64,000 nt of DNA from Eledone cirrhosa (lineage: Eukaryota): contig OZ024741.1 in assembly GCA_964016885.1 (NCBI GenBank), positions 56,234,001-56,298,000 on the forward strand, in the 5' to 3' direction. Below, in pieces: positions 1 through 12,123 of this stretch (within the stretch, counting starts at the first letter, position 1; the number at the start of each line of letters is the position of its first letter). Position numbers and translations under genes: made by a program. The notes beneath the pieces were generated by a model. It did not search any database. It was given only the letters and a program-made list of their open reading frames with translations, and had not been told where the DNA came from.

Positions 1-1730
1 ACTATCTCTGACACACTGCCTCGCAATCTTGAATACCTCCTGTTTCTGGTCCCCACGTTGTAAAACATGCTTGAATTTTCTATCCTCTGCTTCCCTCCTA
101 GCTAAGTATACTTGTCGCCTAGCTTCCCTCTTGGTCTCTATGTAATGTACCCTGCTCCCCCCATTCTTCCATTATTTCCATGCCTGTCTCTTGGCCTTAA
201 CTGCTTCATCTACCTTATTGTTCCACCACCAAGTCACTCTCCTCCTGCTTGAGGTCTTACTCCAGCCACAGACCTCATCCGTCGCCTCTAGTAAGTTATT
301 TTTTAGGAACTCCCAGTTCTCTTCTACGTTAAATGTCTCTATCTGTTCTTCTTTACTGTCGTAGGCGTTGAGTAAAATATCTTTAAATCTGTTACTGGTT
401 GAGGGGACTTTCAGCTTCCAGATCTTTCTTCTCCAGGTTGGCCTCTGTTTCCGGGTTCGTCTAGTTCTGACCGTGAGGTCGCTGACAACTAAGCTATGTT
501 GGGATGTACATTCCTCACTAGGCAAGGCTTTTGTGTTTACGACCGTCCATCTGTCACGTCCTCTGATGAGGATAAAATCTAACTGACTAGAGTGCTCCCC
601 TGATCTATAGGTGATCAGGTGGTTGTCGGGTTTTTTAAAGTTTGTGTTACATATCGACATGTCATTGGCGTCGCAGAATTCTAGAAGTCTGAATCCTTCC
701 TCATTCCTTGTGCCTACTCCATGGCCTCCATGTACTCTATTGAAGCCGTCGCAGTGTTTACCTACGTGTCCGTTAAAATCTCCTGCGATGATTAGGAAGT
801 CCTTGTCGTCTGTTAGAGCAGTAGTGTGTATTAGGGACTTGTAAAACCTATCCTTAAGTTCGTCTGGCAGCCCCGATTGGGGTGCGTAAGCTGATATTAT
901 TGTGGTAATTGTCTTATTCAGGACTAGTCTGAGTTTAATGATTCTTGCATTTACCCTGTACACTGAGATTACTTTATCTACCCACTTGTCAGCTAATAGT
1001 ATACCTACACCACCCATCCCATCGTCATTTCCCACCCAGAAAAATTTGTAGCACTGGCTTTTTCCTACAAGGACTCTAGCAGACTCTCCTCTCCATCTAG
1101 TCTCTTGCACACAGCATACATCAACTTCCTTTCGCTCTAGCATGTCTACGATTTCTCCTGCTCTTCTTTTCATTGAGCCTACATTGATGGTACCAACTCG
1201 GAGTTTTGGGCATTTGTCGACACTCGTAGGGGAGGGTCTCTGGGTTGGCGCTTCACATGGGTGCTTGGTAGCTCGCAGATTCATATTTCATCTATTGATT
1301 CAGAGTTGCTCAAATGTATTCTCAGCTCATCCATCCATAACGGTGGGAAAATTGAGGGCTAGAAGAACAGTGGTGGTGGGGTAATGGCAGGGTGTGTTGG
1401 GCTGCGCCAGAGGAGGAGAGAGTTAGTTAGGTAGGTAGTAGTAGCAGCAGCAGTGGAAATGGCATGCTGAGGTTTGATTGGTCGAATAGGCTATGGTGGT
1501 GTGTGGGGGGGAAATCGTGAGGTAGGCACTGAGGGTCGCATGGTAAATAACCGAGAGAGATACAATAGAATTAGAATACCGCATGGTAAATATCCGAAGT
1601 TAATACACCAGTAATATTAACAATAATAACGTCATAAAAACTAAGAAACCTTCGAAAATTTATCGATAATACAGCAGGAAAACAGCAGTAATATTAACAA
1701 TAATAACGTCATAAAGACTAAGATACCTTT
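1..1730 (-). mobile_element. RTE LINE family A, copy 1 (5' part; runs off the window edge), premature stop at 172-174
   Basis: ORF 172-1284 is nearly identical to aa 1-370 of the intact 40152-43250 ORF (APE endonuclease motifs QETRW, SAYAPQ, GDFNGH). GAA>TAA at AWK*WKNGG. 5' UTR homology extends to about 1730. Confidence 0.93.
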
Positions 1731-2033
1731 CATTATGAAAATGAAAACATTAATAATTCATTGAATATCCCTAACCAGCAAATATGAATTAGAAGGGATT
1801 GGGAATTGTGCAAATCAATAATTAAATGTCTATGTAAGTTGTTGTTTAGCCCCAGATCTGCTCTTATTGAGCAAAATCATTCTTGCCATGATCATCTTGT
1901 GTCTTTTTTTCAAGGCAACATATATCTTTATTACGAAATGTAGTTTTAGGTATGATTTCTACGGTGGTTTTAAGGAAATTTGGCTGCTATTTCTAGCAGG
2001 TCGAGCAATCATGTAAAAGTTAGTTTGTTAGAA

Positions 2034-2720
2034 TCTAAACTATAATAAAGGTCTGCGGGACTGCATACATTGTTTTTTTTACCCCGTTAGTAAAATAAGT
2101 TGGATTACTTTGAATAAATAATTGTTTCTACTTTTTGGCACAAGGCCAGCACTTATCCCAGTACATTACTGGTAGTTTATTTTATCGACCCCGTAAGGAT
2201 GAAAGGCAAAGTTAACCTCGGCGGGAATTGAACTCAGATCGTAAAGGGACGTAACTATGCTGGAAAGCATAATCCAACTCTCTACCGATACTGCCAATTC
2301 GAATAAATAATGAATGAATATTACATAATTTATCTACTAAATTTCGTAAAAATAAATAATTTAAAATTGACTTCTTTTCAAAGTTGCACTTCCAGTATAT
2401 CGCTGCCGCCACCACCATCACTTCAACTAACATATATATAGAAAGAGAGAGTGTGTGATGTCAACACTTCAGGCAGCGATCGCTTAAATAAACATACTAA
2501 TTTTCTCCTAATGCAGTTTATATATAATATCATCTTTTTTTAATGTATCATGGATTACGTTACTGATTACGTAAGACAGTGTAACGTAGTCTTCGTTCAA
2601 TTTCTGTGTATATTGTCAATTACGATTTTATTTGATGTATCATATCTACCTGCATATAATATCAATATACACACTACACATGCTAACAGAAAACCACCCA
2701 AAGGGTGGTTTTTCTGCTAG
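2034..2720 (+). mobile_element. Non-autonomous Helitron-like element, copy 1 (interrupted by a SINE)
   Basis: A|TCTAAACTATAATAAAG ... hairpin AGAAAACCACC/GGTGGTTTTTCT ... CTAG|T; no TSD; homologous to 37508-38080. Confidence 0.7.
2123..2300 (-). mobile_element. tRNA-derived SINE with Meta/MESC-like core, 11-bp TSD
   Basis: A/B-box-like TGGCAGTATCGG and GAGTTCAATTCC; core GCCTTTCATCCTTACGGGGTCGATAAAATAA; TSD gaataaataat at 2112-2122 and 2301-2311; the homologous site in the 37508 copy is empty. Confidence 0.85.
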
Positions 2721-2817
2721 TGCTTATAATCATTGATCAAGCAGAGCTATTATGATGAGCATTGTAACAGAAATATTGTAAAGGAGATTGATAGTGAGGA
2801 GGAGTAATTCACCTTAC

Positions 2818-2928
2818 CTCTATACACTGTTTAATCCAGTAGTGTCCCTGCATGTGTTCCCAGTTCTGGGAACAGCTGATGTATAATAGGCGATCAAATA
2901 TACGCCTTCTCATACTCTTATCAAATAC
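2818..2928 (-). CDS. TRRAP: TRRAP exon w40
   Basis: VFDKSMRRRIFDRLLYISCSQNWEHMQGHYWIKQCIE; 111 nt. Confidence 0.95.
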
Positions 2929-5900
2929 CTACAATAGAAGAGAAGTCAATTGTACAGATAACACCAATAGCACACACTTATACATATATACATATATATG
3001 ATAAAGAATGGTTTTCTGTAGAGGAATAGAAAAGGATAAGGTACTCAATACATTAAGTAGAGAAGAAGCATAATTTATTTCAAATAAAAATAACATCTAC
3101 AGGAGTAGAACTGTTTCATTCATTTGAAATCATCAGGAAAGAAGAGACTTTCACCAGTACGACTACCTTACAGACTGGACTGAGCATTTTTTTCTCGTGT
3201 TACCAACATGACCACCTTACAGGATGGACTATTCATAAATATATAAATACTTACACACAGACACACATGCATACATATGTAAACAAACATACATCTAACA
3301 TATATAGACATACAAGCAAGCACACATACATAAAAATATACATTTGGCATATACACATACATACATACCTATAAAAACACACCTAACATAGGGACATACA
3401 CATACACGTATGAATGCACACATACCTATGAAAACAGATACATCAAACATATGATCATACATAGAATGAAAGGCAGAATGAAACTAGTGAAACTTTACCT
3501 CAACAAATTTCTGTCTAATATGATGTTGGTTACATCTGAGGCCTGCAAGAAAGGCTTGTTCTAGCTTAGAGGTAAGTTCACTGCCAGCCAAACTCTCATC
3601 TCTGAAACAATAAAGTAACATTATAACATAAAAATATAAATGCCTAGGTGGATTTATCATAGAGAACACCTATACAAGGGAGGTTGTCATATAAGCCAGG
3701 GGTTCACTTCTCACATATGTTCTTGCACTCTTCCGAATACACCAAGTGCATTTCTTTGTGGCACTAACACTAGGGAGGTTGCCATGTCTTTGACAACAAA
3801 AGAGTCCTTTTGACACTTTGTTTAGCAGGTTTTCTACAATTAGATGCCCTTCCTATCACCAACCACTGAGGAGGTTGTCATGTGTTTGGCACTGGCTTAG
3901 TCAGGAGGAAGGGCAGCAGTAGTGGCTCCATTTCCAAGATTAATAGAGGAGGAAGTTAATCTCAGATGCGTGCAGTAGAATTCACTCAGATAAAGAGACC
4001 CAAAAGCCAAGTGGTAGTGCTAAACTAAGCAATAGATTTTGTCTACCATGTGTGCGTGTTATTTGCATCCATATAGGGATTGCATCCCACACCACTATAA
4101 ATAGCATACTATCAAACAGTCAATGAGGGAGTCTCATAGTGTTCACTAGTTCTGTTAGAGATAGCAATAAAATCCCCTTCAAATCATAAATAAAGGATGG
4201 ACTTCTAATCTCATGTGAGAGGGGAAGAAATCACTGCAAGCTACAAACACTGTAATACTGTACACTAGCAAAATAGTACAATGGAGAGAAAGAGAGTGAG
4301 AGAGAGTTATGAATAGATGTATCTGGATTAGCAAGTAAATAAGACAGATGTACATAAATGTGTATAGAGATACCTGTAGATGTGGTTAACCAATTCCAGG
4401 AACTGCGCATTCAGTTCAACATCTTCGGGAAACCTGCGTTCCACATGAACCATCAGCTTGCATAAGAGAATGGCTTTCTCCCGGATTGACGGAGACTGGT
4501 TGATAGCAATGGGTGTCTGGAGTAAAAGTGAAAGACAGGAATGTATAAAGAGAATGGTGTGGAGAGACAGGTAAGGAAAAGCCTGTTGAGGGATGAGAAA
4601 CAAGGTGACACAGGTGTGAAAGAAGTTGTTAGGGGATGAGAGACAATGTGACACAAGTATCAGGGAGGTTGTTGGAGGATGAGAGACAAGGTGATACAGG
4701 TGTGGAAGAGGTTGGGGGTGATAAACAAGGTGATACAGGCGTGGAAGAGGTTGGGGGTGATAAACAAGGTGATACAGGCGTGGAAGAAGTTGGGGATGAT
4801 AAACAAGGTGATACAGGTGTGGAAGAAGTTGGGGATGATAAACAAGGTGATACAGGCGTGGAAGAAGTTGGGGATGATAAACAAGGTGATACAGGTGTGG
4901 GGGAGGGTGGGGATCATAGATAAGGTAAAACAGGAGTGGGGCAGATTGTTGAGGGATGAGAGACAAGGTGGCACAGGTGTGGGGGAGGTTGTTGGGAGAT
5001 GAGAGACAATGTGACACAGGTGTGGGAGATATATCTAATGATGAGGTTATCTAATGATATATTTAATGATGAACCAATGTGAGACAGGAAGGATTATATC
5101 GGCGAAGGACAATATTACAAATTTTGATGGAAACGGTGACAATGTACACATTTATGAAGGTAGGGGATATGAAATGACCGAGGTGTATACAACAATAGGG
5201 ATGGGACATGTAATGATAAGGGTTTATATGACAATAGGGGTGAGACAGCTAATGACAAGAATATATATTACAGTAGGGGTGAGACATGAAGTGACAGAGG
5301 TGTATATCACAGTATGAGTGGGAGATGTAATGATAAGGGTGTATATTATAGTAGAGGTGGGACAGGTAATGATACAGTACACAATGAAGTGATGTTCGGA
5401 CACTAACAACCACATATTTAAAAAGGATCACACATGACGAATCCTCTCTCTTACACACACACAGTGAGTAGACAGACACACATATACACACACACACAGA
5501 ACAGACGCAAAAGAGATGTCATGTGATGTCTACCAGCAGCAGCCTTACCTTTGTCTTGACCCAGTCTTCCACCATCTTGGTTATTGCCTTCACCACTTTC
5601 TGGTCTGAAGTCCTTTCTATGAGACATACCAAGATGTTGCCAATAAAACTCTTACGCATTTCAATACTCAGAACTCCAACTCTGTTCTTGACCAAATCTA
5701 GGCTGAGGATGAGTAATTCACTGGCAGCTGTATATAGAAAAGACATATTGATGGTGAGGCCTTATTAAACTATTTACACATACATGTGTACATGTATGTA
5801 TATACATAGACATATAACCAAATAAACTCACTCAACACACACACACACAAAGGAAAAATAACATCAATGAAACACAAACCCATGGAATGCACTCCACATG

Positions 5901-8900
5901 TATAGAAATAAAGATTCCTACTTTGAATAATAATTGCTTCTACTTTTGGCACAAGGCCAGCAATTATCTCAGTGCATTACTGGTGCTTTATTTTATCAGC
6001 CCCATAAGGATGAAAGGCAAAGTTAACTGCAGCGGGATTTGAACTCAGACTGTAAATGGATGTAACTATGCTGGAAAGCATGGCATCTGACCCTCTACCG
6101 ATACTGCCAATCCACCGCCCTACTTTGAATAATAATGTCTCTACATTTGGCACAAGATCAGCAATTTGAAAGTAAGGGGAAAGTTGATTAAATCAACCCC
6201 ATTATGTTACTGGTAGTTTATTTTATTGACCCTGTAAGGATGAAAGACAAAGCTAACTTTGGCGGGATTTGGACTCAGAACATAAAGGACTGTAACTAAA
6301 TACTGCAAATCACGTCGTTTGAGACTCTACCGATACTGTCAATCCACAGACTTCACCAGCATAATAATAATATTAATCATCACCACCTCGACCACTACCA
6401 TTTTTACACCCACTTTTCATATTGGCATAGGTTGGATGGTCACTATAGTTTGAGACAGTTCTTATCCAGAGTTACTGTCCTCCAACATATATCAGAAGAG
6501 TGTCTCATGCATATGTCCTATTTTTGATATTTACATCTAAATGTATTAATGTGTAAAAAATACCATCTTATAAGAAGGATACATCAATGCAAATTGGACA
6601 TTAAATGTTAAAAACAATGATAAAGATGTTAGAATATTACCTTGGAATTATTTAATAGTCCTTATATTTCAAAATATTAAGAACTATTATACAGCTCCAA
6701 GTTAATATTCCAACAACTTTATTATTATGTTTAACATTTAATGCCCTACTTACATTGCTGAATCCTTCTAATAAGATATTTTCTATACTTTACACACTGC
6801 TTCAAGTAAACTACAGTACCCTTGTATTTAAGTGTATATTAGGAAGGGCATCCAGCCGTAAAATGATTTCGTGTTTCTTACCTGGATTTTGTTCGCTGTT
6901 GTTAGCTGCAAGATGTTCTCGTGCCATTTTTTGTAACACTTTCATAAACAAGGCAATCAGCCTGTCTATATAGCAAGGGTTATGCATGCATGCAGCCTTC
7001 AAAATCATCAGGGTTGGAAACAGTATGTTGTTAGAGTTCCCAGTTGACCTGAAGAGATGAGAAAATACACAAGTTGACAGAGAGGGATAATGTGTATATA
7101 TATATATATATGTTCAAGAATAAACAAGACAAACAGAGATGCAAAGAGACAAGATTTTGGGAATGAAGATAAAGAAAAAGGAAACAAGAAGAAGTAAATG
7201 AATGTCTCAACATATTGGACATAAGCCCTTCTTCAAGAAATAGCAAAGTTTATAAAAAGAAAAAAAATTAAGACACGTTAGACATTTCCACTGAGAACGA
7301 CATATGAGCGGTCGAGTTGTTAAATAAACTGAACAATCTACATAATGAATTAATGTGCAAAGTGGCTGAGTATTCCACAGATGATACGGTAAAGATACCA
7401 TTCACAAAGCTTGTCATTTTTGATTGCAGTGAAAGTCATATTTGTTGTTAATATGGTAATGGAGGCACATGGCTTAGTGGTTAGAGCATTGGCCTTGCAA
7501 TCGAAAGGTTGTGAGTTCAATTCTCAGACCAGTTAGTGTGTTGTTTCCTTGAGCAAGACACTTTATTTCACATTGCTCCAGTTTACTCAGCTGTAGAAAT
7601 GAGATGATAGGGACTGGTGTCCCTATCATTCCACTGCAAAGTGGTCGTGGAGGTGCCACGGCAAAAAGCACCCAGCACTCACTGTAAATGGGGTTGGTGT
7701 TAGGAAGGGCATCCAGCTGTAGAAATCAAGCCAGAATCAGTTCCCGTCCCACCCTTGCAAGCAGGGAAAAGTGGACGTAAAATGATGATGATGATGATGA
7801 TGATACTTATTCAAGATGCAACATAGTGGGATCGAATCCAAGACCACACAATTGGAAATTGATCTCACTAACCACTTGTCCATACCTACATATATCGTTT
7901 AACATTAACTTTCCCTGTTAAATGGTTGGACAGGTCTACATAGACAAAGTCAGTACTGAAGTGGGGCTACTGACCTTCTAAACAGGCTGAGGGGTCTCAC
8001 TTACGTACGGTTATACGTACTATCAATTGAAGGGTTCTCCCAACCCCTTGTTTGGCAACTTTTTATGGTTGGAAGCTTTTCCTACCACCAGCCACTTTAT
8101 AGTGTGCACTGCGTATGTATATCATCATCATCATACATCCGCTTTTCCCTGCTTGCAAGGGTGGGACGGGTCCTATTCAGTACAGCATCCCTCCACTTGT
8201 CACGGTCCTTCGTCATCTCTTCCGTGAGCTTCAGTGATATATATTAATAAGAATAATGAAGTTTCGTTTACATGTATTTACATTTTCTACATATATATAT
8301 ATATAAAAACACACACACACAGGGATGGCCAGGTGGTTAAGGAAGCTCGATTCCCAATCATAAGGTCCTGACCATCTATAATGTATGTATGTGTATATAT
8401 ATACATACATACATACAGAGAGAGAGAGATGTGGAGAGAGAAAAAAAAGAAGAAAAACTCTCCAATAGTTTGTGTGGTGGGGACGTCTTACTTTTCATAA
8501 TTGTTGAGTCCATCGTAGACGACTTTACTGACGCATGCATACAGACACTCAAGCTCCTCGTATTTGGAAGGTACTGGGGCATTGGTAGGTTCAGTAGGGA
8601 AAATACTCATTAGACGAGACAGCAACGAGTGCACGGCACGGATCACTTTCGGGTTTGGACATGTCAGACAGGCAGCAATTCCTCGTTGTAGAGGTTTGAA
8701 ACTGGCAAGGATGTTGTCTTTTTTCTGGAAGAAACACATAAGCAGATTAATATATGAAGAGCAGAGAGAAAATATGTTGAAAATTCACATTATATTAGAG
8801 ATCTGTCATGGTTAGTTATGGTGCCATGAAAATATACACTCAGAACACCCTGTATGGTGGTTGGCATTAGGTTAGGAAGGACATCAAGCCATAGAAACCC

Positions 8901-11900
8901 TGCCAAATATGGAGCATATCAGCATGACAGCTTGCTCTGACTAGTCAGGTCTCAGGATAGTAATGACATATCCAACCAATGCAAGCATACAAAGCGGATG
9001 TAAAATGATGATGATGATGACCATCATCATCATCGTTTAACTTCCATTTTCCACGTTAGCATGGGTTAGACGGTGATGTGTTGTTTCCTTGAGCAAGACA
9101 CTTTATTTCACATTGCTCCAGTTTACTCAGCTGTAGAAATGAGATGATAGGGACTGGGCTCCCTATCATTCCACTGCAAAGTGGTCATAGAGGTGCCATG
9201 GTAAAAAAGCACCCAGCCCACACTGTGAAGTGGATGTGTAGGCGCCACGGAAAAAGACCACCCAGCATTCACTGTAAATGAGGTTGATGTTAGGAAGGGC
9301 ATCCAGTTGTAGAAATAAGGCCAGAATCAGTTCCCGTCCCACCCTTGTAAGCAGGGAAAAGCGGACGTAAAATGAAATGAAATGAATCTTCAACATTTTT
9401 ATGCCTGCTTTTCCATGTATACATGGACTAGTCAAGACTTTCTGGGTGTAGTTTTTCTATAGACAGATGTACTTCTTGATGTCAACTTATACTTTAATCT
9501 AGAAGTATGGTATATACCATGGACCTTTGTCAAACTGTGAAATGTACAGTTTTGTGGGATATAAACAAATGCCACTGCTTGTTTTAAACAGTGTTGGTAT
9601 GAAGATATATACATACACACATGAATCATCACCACCGTTTTACGTCCGTTCTTCCACGCTAGCATGGGTTAGATGGGTTGTCCTGTTGTGAGCAGTGTCC
9701 AGTTGGCTGACCTTGTCTTGCTCATACAGGAACTGATTCTGGCTTGATTTCTAGAGCTGGATGCTAAATATATATATATATATACACACACATTTGAGTG
9801 ACAGGCTTTCTCAGTTTCTCTCTATCAAATACACCCAGAGGGCACTATGGAAGAAGATACTTTAAAATATAGATGAGACAAACTGATTGTTTTTAAAAGA
9901 GGTTTGGTTGTTATTTCTAGCAGGTCATTCAACCACACAGTGTCTGCCATTGGGTTGTGACTGAAAATTCTAGTAGCTGCTATAATAAAGATGGGCAGAG
10001 AAGACTCAGTGGACAGCTTATATGATTCATTTTAGTTGAGTGGGGATGGTAACTCAGCCCTGACTAGTTTTAGTGAGGTAACCAATATTGTAACTATGGA
10101 GTTTACTATTTATCTGATGATCTGGCTAATTGCTGCTGGTGAGATTGATGGTAGCAGATGTTTTATTTTTGAATATAGGGTATCCAACTGTAGAAAACCT
10201 GCCAAACAAAGGGTCGGAAGGATGCTTTAATTGTGTCACAAACATCACAACCCTCCTAATGTTGGTGATCTACATCGTAAAGTGGTTGGTGATAAGAAGG
10301 GCATCTAGTTGTAGAAAACTTTCCAAACAAAGGGCTGAGAGGTTTTATTAGCTATGTCAAAGACATGGCAACCTCCCTAGTGCTGGTGCCACAATTAAAT
10401 GTATCTTGTGCACTTGGTAGACAAGCAAGTCCTTGGCATGTCTAAGAAATCAATACCCCACCATTAAGTACCGACTTGATCTGTGACGACTTGTCCAGCC
10501 CTTGCTAAAAGGGAAAATAGATGTTAAATAATGACGATGCAGCAAATTAGGATTTACCGTGTGGAACACAAATGAAGAACAGCAATGATGATGATGGACA
10601 TATATATATGAATATAGGTTGGATGAGTTTGAAAATTCACATGTCTACAAGTGATTCATGAAGCAACTGTTTTCTTACAGGTTGTAAGTGGATGTACAAA
10701 TACACAAACATACACAAACATTGTTACATCTCTAATCAACTGTCTAGAGCTACCTGGCTTTTGCAGTAGCTCAACATAACCTGACAGAATATGCAGGGTA
10801 TCCATATTAAATAAAAGTGTGAGTTAAAATATATACAAACAACACAATATGAAGAAGAAAGAACAACAAAACCTTGATCTAATTAATAGACTGAACAACC
10901 ACCAGAAATCAATCAGTTCATTAAGTATTAAACTTACCATAATTCCTAAAAGGAAAGTCAACAGTTCTAATGCTGTACAGATATTAGTGAAGCCAGTTGG
11001 GCTTTCAACGGTCATCAGTAGTTTATCAAACCAGGCAAGTTTTAGTTCAATGTTGGGCCACACATCTTTGTTCATGACAGTTTTCAGTAGGTTTATACAG
11101 CGTCTAGAGAGGGCTTCCCCTTGGGTGGCCAAAGCAGTTGTAGATTCTGTCACCTGAAGAAATAAATGACAAAATTTTAAATGACTTGTGGAAGAACTCT
11201 AATCAATTATTCTCTCCCACCAATTCTGTGACCTGGTGTCAATATTAGCAATCTTCATTAATAATATAATTAATTACTACTATATTTATATTATATTTGT
11301 GTGTTGTTATGGATCACACTTCTATGGGTTTAACTATGAAGCTACATCTCAGAGCAAATTTTTTATGTGTGTTAATGTCTCATAATGTTGCTAGTTTTTC
11401 CAATGACAGAAGGTGAGATTTGAACCCAGAATGCATAGAAGCAAAACAAACATTGCTAGGCATCTCCTCTGACATTAACAATTTTACCAATTCACAGCTC
11501 TGAACTGGTACTTTATTGTCCCTAAAGGCTAAAGGTGCAAGGCCTAGTGGTTAGAGTGTTGGACTTAAGATTATAATGTTGTGGGGGTCAATTCCTGGAC
11601 CAGGTTGTGCATTGTGTTCTTGAACAAAAAACTTCATTTCACATAGCTCTAGTACGCTCCGCTGAAAATGAATACCAACAAGGTTAACCTTGCGATGGAC
11701 TGGTGTCTTGTTCAGGTGTAGTCTTGTATTCAGTCACTTAATGCCAATGAGACGAGGATAAGCACCAACCTGCTGTCCTCCAGGCTTGGGACAAACTTTA
11801 CCTTTTATTTAAAGAATAACAAAGTTGTTCTAAGTGGGATCGAACTGAAAGCACAGGGAACCAGAAAAAAATACTGACACTCTAATGTGTGGGCCATCAA

Positions 11901-12090
11901 TCTAATACCAGCAATACTGATCAAGGAGCACTACAACAAAATGGTCCAACTATTAGCAGTAACATTAACACAGCATGATTCTGAATAGAGGCATATATGG
12001 AAGCATATACAATATGTTTATTTCAGGATCATTGATCCATTATCAATTATGTTTACTCACTCAGTACTGAGGAAAGGAAATGATAATGAG

Positions 12091-12123
<33 letters not shown>

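Noticed and set aside
4328-5017. Long repetitive ORFs on both strands
   Set aside because: Artefact of a 39-bp (multiple of 3) minisatellite; only 4374-4516 matches TRRAP.
7461-7535. tRNA gene
   Set aside because: It has A and B boxes but no convincing cloverleaf and continues into a SINE body; the same applies near 8324 and 11535.
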